Numbered from the stretch's first letter, positions 1-10,797 are shown. The stretch is 64,000 nucleotides of DNA from an uncultured Verrucomicrobiae bacterium (GCA_963762565.1 CAVXLD010000007.1:64001-128000), one strand, 5' to 3'. Program-made: numbers and translations. Notes: generated by a model not told the origin, from the sequence alone.

Positions 1-416
1 TCATTCACTGCCCAGCCCCGGGCGGCGCGCCGTAGAGGCAAAACTATCCATCCGTCTCCGTCCCCAACAGCAACGAAGTCGTCCGCAGCAACGCAAAGCG
101 CGGTGAAAGCGCATACTAGCGCCGCTCGGTCGTCGTGGTTAACCACACTCGTTAGATCGAATCCATGGTCCTGTCCGGCAATAGGTAAGTTATCAGTCCC
201 TGAAGCTTGCCAGAGCTGCAAAGAATTCCGAAAGAAAACATCAGACCGATCACCGCGTCTGGCTTGCAGATGCAAAGGATCGGTCAGCAACACACCGAGA
301 AAAGCGCTCGGGAACGCCTCGACAATCGCGAATTGGTTGATCTCGGTCGCATGCGCCGCACCCCGCAAGTCGGCACTGCGAACGGACAATCTTGGCGCAC
401 ATATTGGCCGCTTCAT
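1..416 (-). pseudogene. C-terminal part of a DUF429-like protein, open at the window edge and apparently lacking its N-terminus
   Basis: Manual minus-strand translation gives ...IVEAFPSAFLGVLL...RGDRSDVFF...VVNHDDRAALVCAFTALCVAADDFVAVGDGDGWIVLP with no stop before base 1. It is not in the ORF track. Confidence 0.4.
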
Positions 417-541
417 TACCTGTTTCCGCCGATCCGTTCGGAACGCTTTAAAAGGGAGGTGGGAGAGAGTTTTGATGAGTACAAGAAGCTCGCGATAGGC
501 AACATTAAGGCGATTGAAAAGCAACTGCAGTAAGAGAGACT

Positions 542-1387
542 ATGAAAATTGGCGCGAGTACGTTTATCTGGGTTTCACCATTCTCAAATAAAACGTTGGA
601 TCTGGCCGAGAAGGCGCGTGAGATGGGATTCGATATTCTGGAAATCTGTGTTGAAGATCCGAGAACCATCGATGCAAAATCGATCCTTGGCCGACTAGAA
701 AAGAATCGGTTGGAAACCACTATATGCGGAGCGTTTGGTCCGGATCGCGATGCGAGTTCGGAAGACGCTTCAATCCGGGACCAGGCAGTCAGGTATATCA
801 ACACGTGTGTGGATATAGCGCAGCAGCTTAATTCGCGGGTCGTGGCTGGTCCGATGTATTCTGCAGTGGGCAAAACGCGGCTCTTGTCTCCGAGTGAAAA
901 AGAACAGCAATGGCAATGGGCTGTCGATAGCCTTCGAAAAGCGGGGGACTATGCAGGTGAACGGAATGTAAAGCTCGCTTTGGAGCCCTTAAATCGATTT
1001 GAAACGGATTTTATCAACACGGCGGAGCAGGGACTGGAGTTGGTAGACCGCATCGCAAATTCGAATGTCGGATTGTTGTTGGATACTTTTCACATGAACG
1101 TCGAAGAGAAGGACTCCGCCGAAGCGATAAGAAAAGCGGGCGCACACATTTTTCACTTTCATACTTGTGAGAACGATCGAGGAACGCCGGGCACGGGCCA
1201 GGTTAATTGGAATGCCGTAAAACGAGCTTTGCGTGATGTACGCTACGAGGGTCCCGCTGTTATCGAGGCGTTTAACAGTGGTATTAAAGAAATCGCCAAA
1301 GCTGTCGCTCTGTGGCGTCCCCTGGCTTCAAGTCCAGATTCATTGGCAAGCGAAGGGCTTCGCTTCCTAAGGGAGCTATTCGCCTGA
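542..1387 (+). CDS. D-psicose/D-tagatose 3-epimerase family sugar epimerase (TIM barrel)
   Basis: Metal/catalytic motifs LEPLNRFET, LDTFHMNVEE, HFHTCENDRGTPG, IEAF. Confidence 0.9.
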   Translation: MKIGASTFIWVSPFSNKTLDLAEKAREMGFDILEICVEDPRTIDAKSILGRLEKNRLETTICGAFGPDRDASSEDASIRDQAVRYINTCVDIAQQLNSRVVAGPMYSAVGKTRLLSPSEKEQQWQWAVDSLRKAGDYAGERNVKLALEPLNRFETDFINTAEQGLELVDRIANSNVGLLLDTFHMNVEEKDSAEAIRKAGAHIFHFHTCENDRGTPGTGQVNWNAVKRALRDVRYEGPAVIEAFNSGIKEIAKAVALWRPLASSPDSLASEGLRFLRELFA

Positions 1388-1576
1388 TTTGGTGGTCCAG
1401 TAGGGACCGTTTTTTCTAAGATGCCGTTTGCCTCCGAATTTTCTCTGGCGACTGCCTCTCGACTTTCGTAGGAGCTGCTGGGCAGCATGCGCGCTCTTTT
1501 GGCGCGGGCTCCGGTTGGCTGAGAGCATGCCTATTTACGGTTAGTCAGCCTCCGCTAGTTAATATTTTGGTGTCTC

Positions 1577-2548
1577 TCACCGGCCTTCCGCTTGAAACCG
1601 TAGAGAGCTGACGGCCACTGCGAAGATGATCAGAAGGCCGATCACGACATCCTGAATGTACGGGTCTACCCGCATCATATTGAGCGCATTCCCGATCACG
1701 CCCCAGAGCAGCACACCGCAAAACGTTCCGAGCGCGTTTCCTTTGCCGCCAGACATCGGTGTGCCCCCGATCACTACCGAGCCGATTGCTTGCAGTTCGA
1801 TTCCAGTACCAGTGCTGGGCTGAGCCGCTCCTACGCGCGACAGCAGAAGCATCGAGGCAACGCCGACAAAAAGCCCGTTTAGAGAAAAGAAGATCAATTT
1901 TCGCCGATTTACGTTGATTCCGGATAGGTACGCAGCTCTGGGGTTGTTACCAATTGCGTAGATACTCCGTCCCAATTGCGTGTGCGAAAGAATGAAGTGG
2001 ATGACGCCATAGCCAGCCAGTGCAATGACGAAAAGGATGGGAATAAGGTTGAAGATTTTGACCCCGCCAAGAGTCTCGAACTGCCCGTAGATGGTCTGGA
2101 TGGTGCCTTGGGTGATGAAAAGGGCGATCCCCTGAAAAACACCGATCGCTGCCAGGGAAATGATGAACGAAGGTGCTTGAAAGATAATCGACGCCGCTCC
2201 GATTGCAGTCGCGCACACGATGGAGATGAATACGCCGATTGTGGCCGCCAAGGGTGGGAAGAGACCATTGCGCATTAGGATCGCCATGACAACGGTGGAG
2301 AGTCCGATGTTCGCTCCGACCGATATATCAAAGTTACCGGAAATGATCAGGATTGTTGCCCCGCAAGAGGCAAGGCTCAGGACGGAGATCTGTCCCAGCA
2401 GATTCGTGATATTTCCCAGCCACCAATAACGAGGATTTACGGTGCCGGCGATCAGAGAGAGAATTGCGACAACGATTAAGAGAAAGGACCATTGATTGCT
2501 GAGTAGGGTCTGTTTCAGCCTGGTTCCGAATTTGCGCACATCATCCAT
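1577..2548 (-). CDS. Monosaccharide ABC transporter permease (RbsC-like)
   Basis: Multiple TM segments, GNFDISVG, GRSIYAIGNNPRAAYLSGI, VVIGGTPMSGGKG. Start MDDVRK overlaps the stop of the ATPase gene. Confidence 0.92.
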   Translation of the reverse strand: MDDVRKFGTRLKQTLLSNQWSFLLIVVAILSLIAGTVNPRYWWLGNITNLLGQISVLSLASCGATILIISGNFDISVGANIGLSTVVMAILMRNGLFPPLAATIGVFISIVCATAIGAASIIFQAPSFIISLAAIGVFQGIALFITQGTIQTIYGQFETLGGVKIFNLIPILFVIALAGYGVIHFILSHTQLGRSIYAIGNNPRAAYLSGINVNRRKLIFFSLNGLFVGVASMLLLSRVGAAQPSTGTGIELQAIGSVVIGGTPMSGGKGNALGTFCGVLLWGVIGNALNMMRVDPYIQDVVIGLLIIFAVAVSSLRFQAEGR

Positions 2549-4052
2549 CTGAGACCTCTTCAATTCCCAAATAGTGACCTAATAGCTCGTGTTCGGAAGT
2601 TTCCCGTGCATTGACCTCTGCGACCAGTTTTCCATCGCGCATCACGGCAATCCGGTCGCTCATCGAAATGAGTTCCGGCATGTCCGACGACACCATGAGA
2701 ATGCTCTTTCCTTCCTTGACGAGTTCAATCATCCGGTTGTAGATTTCCTCTTTGGCCCCGATATCGACTCCCTTCGTTGGTTCGTCGAATATGTAAACTA
2801 ACGCCTTGCTCAGTAACCAGCGTGCCAGGATCGCTTTTTGTTGATTGCCGCCGCTTAAAGAGCTAATGCGCTGCTGCAGGCCGGCCGATATAATGTGCAG
2901 ACGCCCCACGAGCCTATCTGCATCGGCGATTTCCGCGGAGTGATTCAATATCGGCGGATGCAATTCGTTACGGACAATTGCGATATTTTCCAGGAGCGAC
3001 CGCGTATCGAAAAGACCGAGGGTTTTTCTATCTTCTGGGATCATCGCAATTCCCTGTGCGATGGCTTCGGCCGGGTTTGAATACTCGATTTCGCGGCCTT
3101 GAAAATAAACCTGGCCGGCTGTCCTTTTCTGCCCTCCGAAGAGGACGTTCATGACGGCCGATCTACCGCAACCGACGACCCCTCCGAAGCCCAGGATCTC
3201 GCCGCGATGAAGGTCGAAAGAGACATCGAAAAAATGCTCGCGTAGTGTGAGATGACGGACCTGCAGTACCATTTCTCCGGTGGTCACATGATCTCGCACG
3301 TGAAACAATGAACGGTCTCTTCCGATCATCGACCGGGTAACTTCGTCGATGGTTGTTTTCTCGATATTGAAGGTCCCGGATACTCTTCCGTCCTTGAGAA
3401 CCGTTACTCGATCGCCGATCATGAATATTTCGCGCAGGAAATGCGAGATATAGATGATCGCTTTATTTTGCGCGGTCAGATTTTTGATAAGCTTCAGCAG
3501 CGTTTTGATTTCTTCGACGCCAAGCGAAGCGGTCGGTTCATCCATGATTAGGATTCTGGCGTTTAGATAAAGCGCTTTAACAATTTGGAGCATCTGCTGC
3601 TCTGCTGGGGAAAGAGACTCGACCAAGCTCAGAGGATTGAGATCAACATTCATCGACCGCATCAACTCAGCGCTCTTGCGATTTTGAGCGTTTGCATCGA
3701 TGAAGCGCCACGGATTGCGAATCTCTCGCCCAAGAAAGATGTTATCAGCGGCCGTCAGCGAAGTGATCAGTTCCACGTCCTGATAGATTGTCGCGATGCC
3801 CGCTTCAAAGGACTGCTGTGGTGAAAGCCGGGCGTATGCTTGGCCAAAGGCAGTGATCGTTCCGCTATCTGGTCTCTCGGCGCCGGCCAATATCTTGATG
3901 AGCGTGGACTTGCCTGCGCCGTTTTCACCGACCAGGCAATGAACCTCGCCGGCTCGCAAGTCAAAATCGACTTTATCGAGCGCGACGGTGTCGCCGAATT
4001 TCTTGCTCAGGTTGTGGATCGCCAGAATGTCGCGGCCGCCGCACTGCTCCAT
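2541..4052 (-). CDS. Monosaccharide ABC transporter ATP-binding protein (RbsA/MglA-like, two NBDs)
   Basis: GENGAGKST, LIMDEPT, LSGGNQQK, FDEPTKGVDIGAK. Confidence 0.95.
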   Translation of the reverse strand: MEQCGGRDILAIHNLSKKFGDTVALDKVDFDLRAGEVHCLVGENGAGKSTLIKILAGAERPDSGTITAFGQAYARLSPQQSFEAGIATIYQDVELITSLTAADNIFLGREIRNPWRFIDANAQNRKSAELMRSMNVDLNPLSLVESLSPAEQQMLQIVKALYLNARILIMDEPTASLGVEEIKTLLKLIKNLTAQNKAIIYISHFLREIFMIGDRVTVLKDGRVSGTFNIEKTTIDEVTRSMIGRDRSLFHVRDHVTTGEMVLQVRHLTLREHFFDVSFDLHRGEILGFGGVVGCGRSAVMNVLFGGQKRTAGQVYFQGREIEYSNPAEAIAQGIAMIPEDRKTLGLFDTRSLLENIAIVRNELHPPILNHSAEIADADRLVGRLHIISAGLQQRISSLSGGNQQKAILARWLLSKALVYIFDEPTKGVDIGAKEEIYNRMIELVKEGKSILMVSSDMPELISMSDRIAVMRDGKLVAEVNARETSEHELLGHYLGIEEVSDG

Positions 4053-4064
4053 CGGGTGGTTATT

Positions 4065-5090
4065 TTATGGAGCTTTGTCCGAAAGACGAGCGCCCAGTTC
4101 CGGGAAGTATTGCTTCGTCAACTGAATCCAAACCGGATCGTACTCCCATGGGACAACTTTGGTTTTGTCCAGGATTGTATCTTTGGTCACAGGGATGACC
4201 GGAAGCATAATCTGCTGATTCAGTTTCTTGGATTCGCCGGATACATATTGGTTCAAGGCTAGTAAAGCAACGACCCCTTCCCATCCGGGCGAACTGCTGA
4301 TCGTGTAATTCAGCTCACCGGATTGAACCAGTGGAATTCCCACGGGAGAGCCGTTCTGGGCGATAACGACATATTGGTCGAGCATTCCCTGAGTTTTAAG
4401 GTAACGAATGACGGCGGCAGCCATGTCTTCGTTCATGATCCAGAGGATGTCGAACTTCGTGCCGGATTGAACAAGATCCTGAGCCTGAGTCACAGCAACG
4501 GCGGGGTTGTACTTTCCGTCTCGGACTGCGACGATCTCGTTTTTGCCGAGTTCCTTCATGCGATCCTTCATTGCCCCGGTAATCATTTGAACCGGCAGAT
4601 GTTCAAGAAGCCCCGTGATCAGGGCGACCTTCTTACCGGGGAAATGTTCCGCGATATAGTCGGCATAATTTTTGCCCATCGCTTTCCAGTCAAAATCCAC
4701 TGCTGCGACAATATCGTTGCCGCTTGCCAAGGCCTGTCCGCAGTTGTCGACGGTCACCAGAGGGATCCCGGCCACTTTGCACTTCTTGGCAGCGGTAATA
4801 GCTCCCTGCTGGTTAAACGAAAAGATCGCCATTCCGTCGACTCCTTGTGTGATTAGAGAATCGATGTTCGAAACCTCTTTCTGCACGTCGTAATCGGAAT
4901 TCAGGACGACCGTTTTAATACCTAACATTTTGGCGGCCAGCACAAAGCCGTCGACATCCCGCTTGTACCAAGTATCGGGACCAGGAGTGATGTATCCGAA
5001 CGTTAGTTCTTTGTTGGCGGCATAGTTCGCCGGTGGAAACCAGAGAACCATCGTTAAAATAAGAAGGAGGAGCGAAATGAACTTTTTCAT
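4065..5090 (-). CDS. Sugar ABC transporter substrate-binding protein (RbsB-like)
   Basis: Signal peptide, periplasmic binding protein type I pattern (IDSLITQGVDG, GIPLVTVD), first gene of the ABC operon. Confidence 0.9.
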   Translation of the reverse strand: MKKFISLLLLILTMVLWFPPANYAANKELTFGYITPGPDTWYKRDVDGFVLAAKMLGIKTVVLNSDYDVQKEVSNIDSLITQGVDGMAIFSFNQQGAITAAKKCKVAGIPLVTVDNCGQALASGNDIVAAVDFDWKAMGKNYADYIAEHFPGKKVALITGLLEHLPVQMITGAMKDRMKELGKNEIVAVRDGKYNPAVAVTQAQDLVQSGTKFDILWIMNEDMAAAVIRYLKTQGMLDQYVVIAQNGSPVGIPLVQSGELNYTISSSPGWEGVVALLALNQYVSGESKKLNQQIMLPVIPVTKDTILDKTKVVPWEYDPVWIQLTKQYFPELGARLSDKAP

Positions 5091-5599
5091 TGTGCAAGCT
5101 GTCCAGGCGGTTTGAGGGGAGAATCAGATAGTTGCTCTTGAACTGACCGACGGTTCTCGCGAAGCCGGTCCAAAGGGGAAAAGCTAGATTTCTCATAGCG
5201 GACCAGTCGGCCGATTGTCAAACGATTTCAGCTGCGCCGGGATCGCAAAGCAACGCAGACAAAAGCGTGATCCTAAGGGAATCGATACGCTGTCGAGCGC
5301 CTCCGCGACTTGGTTCGATTTGATGACAGGACGGCAACAGAGATCGAGGTGGGAGACACAGCGGTTTATTCTTGGCTTGCCGGTGAACGAGACCAGCGAA
5401 ACCGGAACGCATCATCCCTAGCTAGAGAGGTAGCCATCAACCCTTTGTTGCCGACTGATAAGACAATCGCAAAGCGGGGACTCCGCTTTCCGAAATGGAG
5501 GTCACTTCTGACGGTGGTCTGGAGCCAGAGCCTCCAAAGCTCACCGATTGTTAATTGCCGATTGCTGATTAACATCCACTGCCTATGTCCCGTTCGCAC

Positions 5600-5777
5600 T
5601 TCCTATTCCCGCGGCGGTTTCAATTTCGCTCTTTCTGATCGCTCCCCTGGTTCGAGGATTTTGGGAAATCCCGTTGTCGTTGTTTGCGGCAGGTTGGATT
5701 TGCCAAGTGCTTGGACACCTCATCGAAGGTAAGCCATCGGAATTCCTCAAAGACTGGCGGTTTCTGTTGGTCGAACT
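5600..5777 (+). pseudogene. DUF962 (Mpo1-like) membrane protein remnant
   Basis: FWEIPLSLFAAGWICQVLGHLIEGKPSEFLKDWRFLLV matches the family's GH.FEGKPP motif. The 5' part is missing and the reading continues into a RES fragment. Confidence 0.65.
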
Positions 5778-5784
5778 ACCCCGA

Positions 5785-6050
5785 GCCGGTTTCTGTGATC
5801 CGCCTCTCGATCTTCCAGAGCCGGATCGATTTGGCGTCATCTATTTTGGTTCATCGCTCCGGCTTTGCTTCTTCGAGCGGGTGCTACGAGATCGCAGAAA
5901 CGGCCGGTTAGGCGATCTTCCGATGCCTTTCGCCGAGTTCGAACAATTGACTTGTGCGGAAATAACGACCGCCCGGCAACTGAACCTCGTCGATCTCCGC
6001 AGTGACTGTCTGGTTAAATAGGCGCCCCGACCGACGCCATTCGAGCATTG
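5785..6050 (+). pseudogene. RES-domain toxin fragment
   Basis: FCDP...RFGVIYFGSSLRLCFFERVLRDRRNG...LNLVDLRSD followed by an early stop; no own start. Confidence 0.6.
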
Positions 6051-6247
6051 AATCACTGCTTGGGACAGTACTCAGTGCCTGTCATGAGAATTCTCACTGC
6101 CAGCGCACAAATCAAACGCGAACGGTAGCGTCTGGATCGATATCTGATCTTAGGTCTGCGCGCGACTAGACGTTAGTTTACACTGGCTAACAGAAGCTGC
6201 CATGTTTCACTCTTGCCCGCCACAACGGCGCATGATATTTTTATCAT

Positions 6248-6499
6248 GTGAAAGCGACGATTACTGAGCGAGGTCAAGTCTCTATTCCTGCGCAAATCCG
6301 GCGCGAAATGCACCTCCAGCCCGGCCAGATTGTGATCTTTGAGAAAATCTCTGAAAAAGAGTGCCGCCTGATTATTGAGCCCCGGCCGGTCAGAAAACCG
6401 AACCCGATGGCGGCGCTCGGTTTCGCGCAGCGCCACGGGCTGCCGGCAAAGACCACTGCGGAATGGATGCGCCTCTTGCGCGAAGGAGAAAGGGACTGA
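6248..6499 (+). CDS. vapB: AbrB/MazE/SpoVT-family antitoxin (VapB)
   Basis: ITERGQVSIPAQIRREMHLQPG swapped-hairpin motif; TGATG coupling to the PIN gene. Confidence 0.88.
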   Translation: MKATITERGQVSIPAQIRREMHLQPGQIVIFEKISEKECRLIIEPRPVRKPNPMAALGFAQRHGLPAKTTAEWMRLLREGERD

Positions 6500-6897
6500 T
6501 GGCCTGGGTGGTCGACACCTCAGTTCTCTTAGATATCCATATGCAGGATCCAACCTTTGGCCGGCGTTCCGCGCAGTGCCTTGCCCGTTATCTGCGGAAT
6601 GGGTTGGTGGCTTGCCCAATCAGTTACATTGAGATTGCTCCGGCATTTTCCAGTCAAGTGGGGCTTCAGATAGAATTTCTTCAGCAAGTTGGCGTGCAAT
6701 GGCGGGAGCCTTGGACTTGGTCAGATACCGAAGCTGCCCACAGGCTTTGGGGACAATACGTGGAGAAAAAGCGTGCCGGTAAGACTGGACGCCGGCCCGT
6801 CGCGGATGTGTTGATCGAGGCGTTCGCCCAGCGCTTCGATGGCTTGATCACGCGAAATCCCAAGGACTTTGCATCGGTAAGATGCATTGCTCCATGA
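6499..6897 (+). CDS. vapC: PIN-domain toxin (VapC)
   Basis: WVVDTSVLLD, ISYIE, VADVLI, LITRNPKDF; start overlaps the antitoxin stop. Confidence 0.9.
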   Translation: MAWVVDTSVLLDIHMQDPTFGRRSAQCLARYLRNGLVACPISYIEIAPAFSSQVGLQIEFLQQVGVQWREPWTWSDTEAAHRLWGQYVEKKRAGKTGRRPVADVLIEAFAQRFDGLITRNPKDFASVRCIAP

Positions 6898-7222
6898 GCT
6901 TCAGATGATAAGCCTGATCGAATCCTTCTTTAAGCGCATTGCCCTTCTTGAAACAGCCGGCGCCTTCTCCGGGTCGTCACTAGCCCCAGGCCGCTCAGGG
7001 ATTCGCAACGAGTCCAAATCGAGCTGGCGTGGTTCAGAACCGGAGCCAAGGTGGTTTCGGTTGTATCGGTCCCTGATCTGCTCGGGATGGGGTTTGCGGC
7101 GAGCCCGTTCAGCCCAAATTTCGATTTTCGGAGTTTGCCCTTCCGCGCCGCCCGGAGCTAGAGCGAAGAGAATCTATTTTAGGTTCGCATTCGCAGCACT
7201 CAGGATGCTATGAATTGGTTGC

Positions 7223-7558
7223 ATGCTCTCACGGACAGAGCGAATTGACGAATTTCACCTCAAGCTCACCCGCACCGAAAAGGAACGGTATGAGGAGTTC
7301 CTGAAAACCGAGGAGGCAGAGCTCCTGCTGGAGATGCATCAATATTTCGCTGAGGCGAAAGGTCAGGCCGGCGGGATCAGGTTCGACAATGCTAGTCTCT
7401 GGTCGAAGATCGAAAACCGAGTGAGTGTCTGGTTCGCGGAGGTTTGTGCAGACAGGAATCAAAACCAAAACCTGATTCGGCGGTCAAAGGAAGCGATCTT
7501 GCACCGAATGAGAATTCTGTTGGCCAAGACAATCAGGGAGTCGCTTCGCAGGAAGTAG
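7223..7558 (+). CDS. Hypothetical helical protein
   Basis: 111-aa ATG ORF with charged, helical composition; no motif recognised. Confidence 0.5.
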   Translation: MLSRTERIDEFHLKLTRTEKERYEEFLKTEEAELLLEMHQYFAEAKGQAGGIRFDNASLWSKIENRVSVWFAEVCADRNQNQNLIRRSKEAILHRMRILLAKTIRESLRRK

Positions 7559-7904
7559 CTTCGATATGGAGTACCAATGGCGGCGGTGTCGGAAGCGATT
7601 GTGGTAGTGAATCTGCCGGCCCAGAGCAGAACGCCAAGGGTATGGCACTGCGCTCGGGGAAAGCGTGGCAGGGAAGTAAATCGGTGGGTAAACGATTAGT
7701 GGGGTACGCGGTCTTCACGGCTCAATAGAAAGGCATTCTCGCTATGAATGCCGTGCGGGAAGGGAAAGTCAGGGGCAGTCAATCTAATCGCGACCGTTTT
7801 TGGTACACTGATCGACGATATTCTTTCGATCCCAGGAGCGTGAGCGGTCGTCATTTTTGGATCAATTCTTGATCGATCAAGCACTGCGCGACCCGAGGAC
7901 GGAA

Positions 7905-8075
7905 TGGGCTGGGGGTCACCTGCTCAGTCGAGTCGTCGCCGGTAAGAAACCGCGGTGGTTGCTTGTTAAAATAAGAGACGAAAAAGCCGACTCGCGCCAA
8001 ATTTTATCAAAAAACGAAAGCAAATCGGCACTAAGCGGGCGGACGATGCGACAAATCAGAGAGGAAGAAAGATAG
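7905..8075 (+). pseudogene. C-terminal remnant of the LigD 3'-phosphoesterase module
   Basis: GKKPRWLLVKIRDEKAD...KSALSGRTMRQI resembles the WLLIK.D..A...SV.SGRT tail of LigD-PE. Confidence 0.6.
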
Positions 8076-8213
8076 TCAGCAAAAAGCTGCACAGAATCTC
8101 CGGCGAAGGGTGCTTGAGAATGCCGTCCGATTACCCGGCACTTAGCGACGTGCGGCATCCTTCGATTTAGGAATGTGCTCGCCCGAGGCCGCGTGCGATG
8201 GTTTGATGCGCTT

Positions 8214-8423
8214 ATGAGTGACCACATCTACAAAAAGATTGAGCTGGTCGGTTCTTCTCCAAACGGCATCGAAGACGCAGTGAACAACGCGATCACGCGA
8301 GCTGGCAAGACGATCCGAAATATGAAGTGGTTTGAGGTCGCTGAGGTGCGCGGCCACCTCGAAAATAACAAGGTTGCGGACTGGCAGGTGACAGTGAAGG
8401 TCGGCTTCACTCTGGATACCTGA
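8214..8423 (+). CDS. Dodecin (flavin-binding)
   Basis: [15 protein letters not shown]...[12 protein letters not shown]...WFEV.EVRG...WQVTVKVGF. Confidence 0.95.
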   Translation: MSDHIYKKIELVGSSPNGIEDAVNNAITRAGKTIRNMKWFEVAEVRGHLENNKVADWQVTVKVGFTLDT

Positions 8424-9601
8424 TAAGAGTGGGACCGCTGCCGGCAGGCTGCGAGCACGGCAAATGCCGATCGGCCCAGGAAACGGAAATTTAGGACGCT
8501 CAGGCGTAATCTAAATAATCGATTATGCCCTGCGTACGCCGGAAGGGAATCGCGAAGCGTTGCAACGGAACAAATTCTACTTGCCGCAGCAATTGCAACC
8601 AAAACGTGGCTTTTCTGCGATCTAAGAGAAGGTCCGTTTTAACGGCCGAAGGATATGAGAGCTCTTTGGAAAGAAAGCATTGGCTTCGGCCTGGTTAACA
8701 TCCTTGTCATGCAAACACGTCGTGACGGTTGCTATTGACGGACCGACCAGTGCTTTTTTCTCCAAGACCACGCTCGCACGACTCAATTCGAACCCTGCTC
8801 AGTTCGGAGAGTCCGCCGCTTCCTCGTCCGATCCAGCGGGCCTTTCCGAATGATGACAACTAGAGAGAACCTGACACGGCCGGCGAGGGCTCTACGCTCT
8901 CGCTGGCCTTTGGTCCAGACTTAACAGAATGATTGTCCGCAGAATTCGAGCCGTTGAACCGCCAAAAAATCGCACAGGACACGAAGAAAACAGGGCAGGA
9001 GTTGAACGTTCGAAGCACTGCGACCCCGATGCTGACAGCACTGAAATCGAGACCGTACGCAACGGGGATCAAAACGATCAAGAGTGTGGGCTAAATCGGC
9101 TTAGGCGAATCTTCCCGCGTTCTCCACGGCCCTGAGAAAGAGCGTGATATTCCAAGCCAGCCGCCTTTACTCGAGATCAATGACAGCAAGCGGGACCAGT
9201 GAGGTTTTCACCCCACTGGTCCGGTTACTTAGCATCACACATCAGAAAAGCCGCTTATGACCTTGGGAGCAGGCTTGTCTGACATAATAGGTTCGATGGC
9301 CGCCTATCTACTAGTCGTTTTACCGTCGGAGTTTAGAGCGTCTTGTAAATGGAGGAGCCCGGCAAAACGATTACGCCTCACCGGGCCCGGTTTTCCTCAA
9401 GGAGCGAATTGGAAAGCCGGGACTGCCAGCGGAGCAGTGACGGCTTCCCTATCCATAGTTCGATGGACAAGCGCAAGATGGTTTGGCGAAACGGTGGTTA
9501 TATGCTTCAGGAATCGAACAGTAAGCGGTCTAGCTCGCGCTTGATGCGGGAACGGGACCAGGTTTGACCATAAATAAACCCAGTATCAGGCTACAGGTAC
9601 A

Positions 9602-9898
9602 ATGGCTGAATCCATTTATCTTGTAACGGTCGGCGTGAATGAAGAACTGGCGCAAATCCGGTCTAATCGCTTTTTAGTTGAATTGCGATGTGATGAGCAC
9701 GCCAGATTGGACGTTGGCGACCGGGAGGCGATAGCCTGTGAAATCGCAAGGGAAGCCGCAAAGCAGCTTTACCCCATCGCTGGACCTATCGGCTACACGG
9801 AGGCGAACCGGCTGACCGAAAGTCTCCGCGCAGACCCCGGCAAAGAGGATTACACCGCGTCGTGCGGTGCGTGCAGAGTTTGGCTTGTACTGCCGTGA
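9602..9898 (+). CDS. Hypothetical protein
   Basis: 98-aa ATG ORF with globular composition and a C-terminal CxxC; no family recognised. Confidence 0.45.
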   Translation: MAESIYLVTVGVNEELAQIRSNRFLVELRCDEHARLDVGDREAIACEIAREAAKQLYPIAGPIGYTEANRLTESLRADPGKEDYTASCGACRVWLVLP

Positions 9899-10037
9899 CG
9901 GTTAGGAACTAACCTCGCGCGCGGTCTAAACGCGTTTGACGATAATATGAAAGTAACCAAGCTTCTGTCTCAAGTGGCAGATCTTTTCTATCGGGCAACA
10001 GTGGGAGCCGACGAGTCACTGACTTGGTCCACTAGGC

Positions 10038-10162
10038 CTTAAGGTGCTGAAGGAAGACAAACGCGCGATTTTCAGCGCGCCGCGCACGCGCAACGCGCCG
10101 CCGATTTTCTCAACAGTCTCCAGCCGCAGCAGCACGCAGAGGAGGAGAGCGCAGCGGCTTGA
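10038..10162 (+). pseudogene. ardC: C-terminal remnant of an ArdC-family antirestriction/ssDNA-binding protein
   Basis: LKVLKEDKRAIFSA, then a frameshift, then AHAQRAADFLNSLQP; this is the typical ArdC C-terminus. Confidence 0.7.
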
Positions 10163-10178
10163 CCAGGTCCGGAAACAG

Positions 10179-10208
10179 AGCGGCCCGGCATCGAGCCGGG
10201 TCGCTTTT
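10179..10208 (+). terminator. Rho-independent terminator after the ardC remnant
   Basis: AGCGGCCCGGC-atcga-GCCGGGTCGCT stem followed by TTT. Confidence 0.6.
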
Positions 10209-10224
10209 CCCTATCCAAATTTTC

Positions 10225-10762
10225 GGTACTGGTTCAGTTTGAGTGAGAGAAGCGGCTTGAGGAGCCGAGGCCAGCCGGTCCGGAAGGCCGCGCGCCACAC
10301 TTATGTAAGTGGGACGAAGTCGTATTCGCCGAATTGCAGAATTAAGAAAGTCGCCGCGGTCTCGCCACCGTTGGTAACAAGGTGCGGGCGCTGGGGCCGG
10401 ACTGAATAGGTTTCGCCCGGCGCGAGGCGCATCTCCTCCTTGGGGTCGCGCAAGAAAAGCCGTATTTGTCCCTCCAGAACGTAAAAGGTGTCTTGGACGT
10501 TTGAGTGACAGTGCCAAGGCACCTTTTGCGTCGGGTTGATCGTCCCCTCAAAGATCCGGAACCCTGGACGCGCTAGGTGATGCGCTTGTTTCTCAAGGTC
10601 GAGGAGATGGCTCGGGTCTTTTATGCCTTTCATACTATCGCTCCACGATATCACAGCGTGGCGGCTTCGCCATCACGTCGCGCAAAGCATACCTTCTTTT
10701 GGGAGGGATCATGGCAACTACCTAGCCCCTCGGCACTGATTCAGTCAAACTGAACCAGTACC
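10225..10762. mobile_element. Non-autonomous IS1-like mini-transposon (538 bp) carrying a cupin gene
   Basis: Perfect 18-bp TIR GGTACTGGTTCAGTTTGA (10225-10242 / 10745-10762; 21/22 when extended) and 8-bp flanking direct repeat AAATTTTC (10217-10224 / 10763-10770); no transposase. Confidence 0.85.
10301..10633 (-). CDS. Cupin-domain protein
   Basis: VPWHCHSNVQDTFYVLEG...APGETYSVRPQRPHLVTN; GGAG RBS. Confidence 0.88.
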   Translation of the reverse strand: MKGIKDPSHLLDLEKQAHHLARPGFRIFEGTINPTQKVPWHCHSNVQDTFYVLEGQIRLFLRDPKEEMRLAPGETYSVRPQRPHLVTNGGETAATFLILQFGEYDFVPLT

Positions 10763-10797
10763 AAATTTTCCGGGGCTCTGCCCCGGCCAGGGGTTAA

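Noticed and set aside
5280..5420. HTH-like fragment (ATEIEVGDTAVYSWLAGE)
   Set aside because: It is too short and degenerate to support. The same holds for the XRE-like scrap at 11887-12000.
5674..6021. Functional DUF962-RES fusion protein
   Set aside because: Both parts are incomplete and RES similarity continues past the stop, so a deletion junction is more likely.
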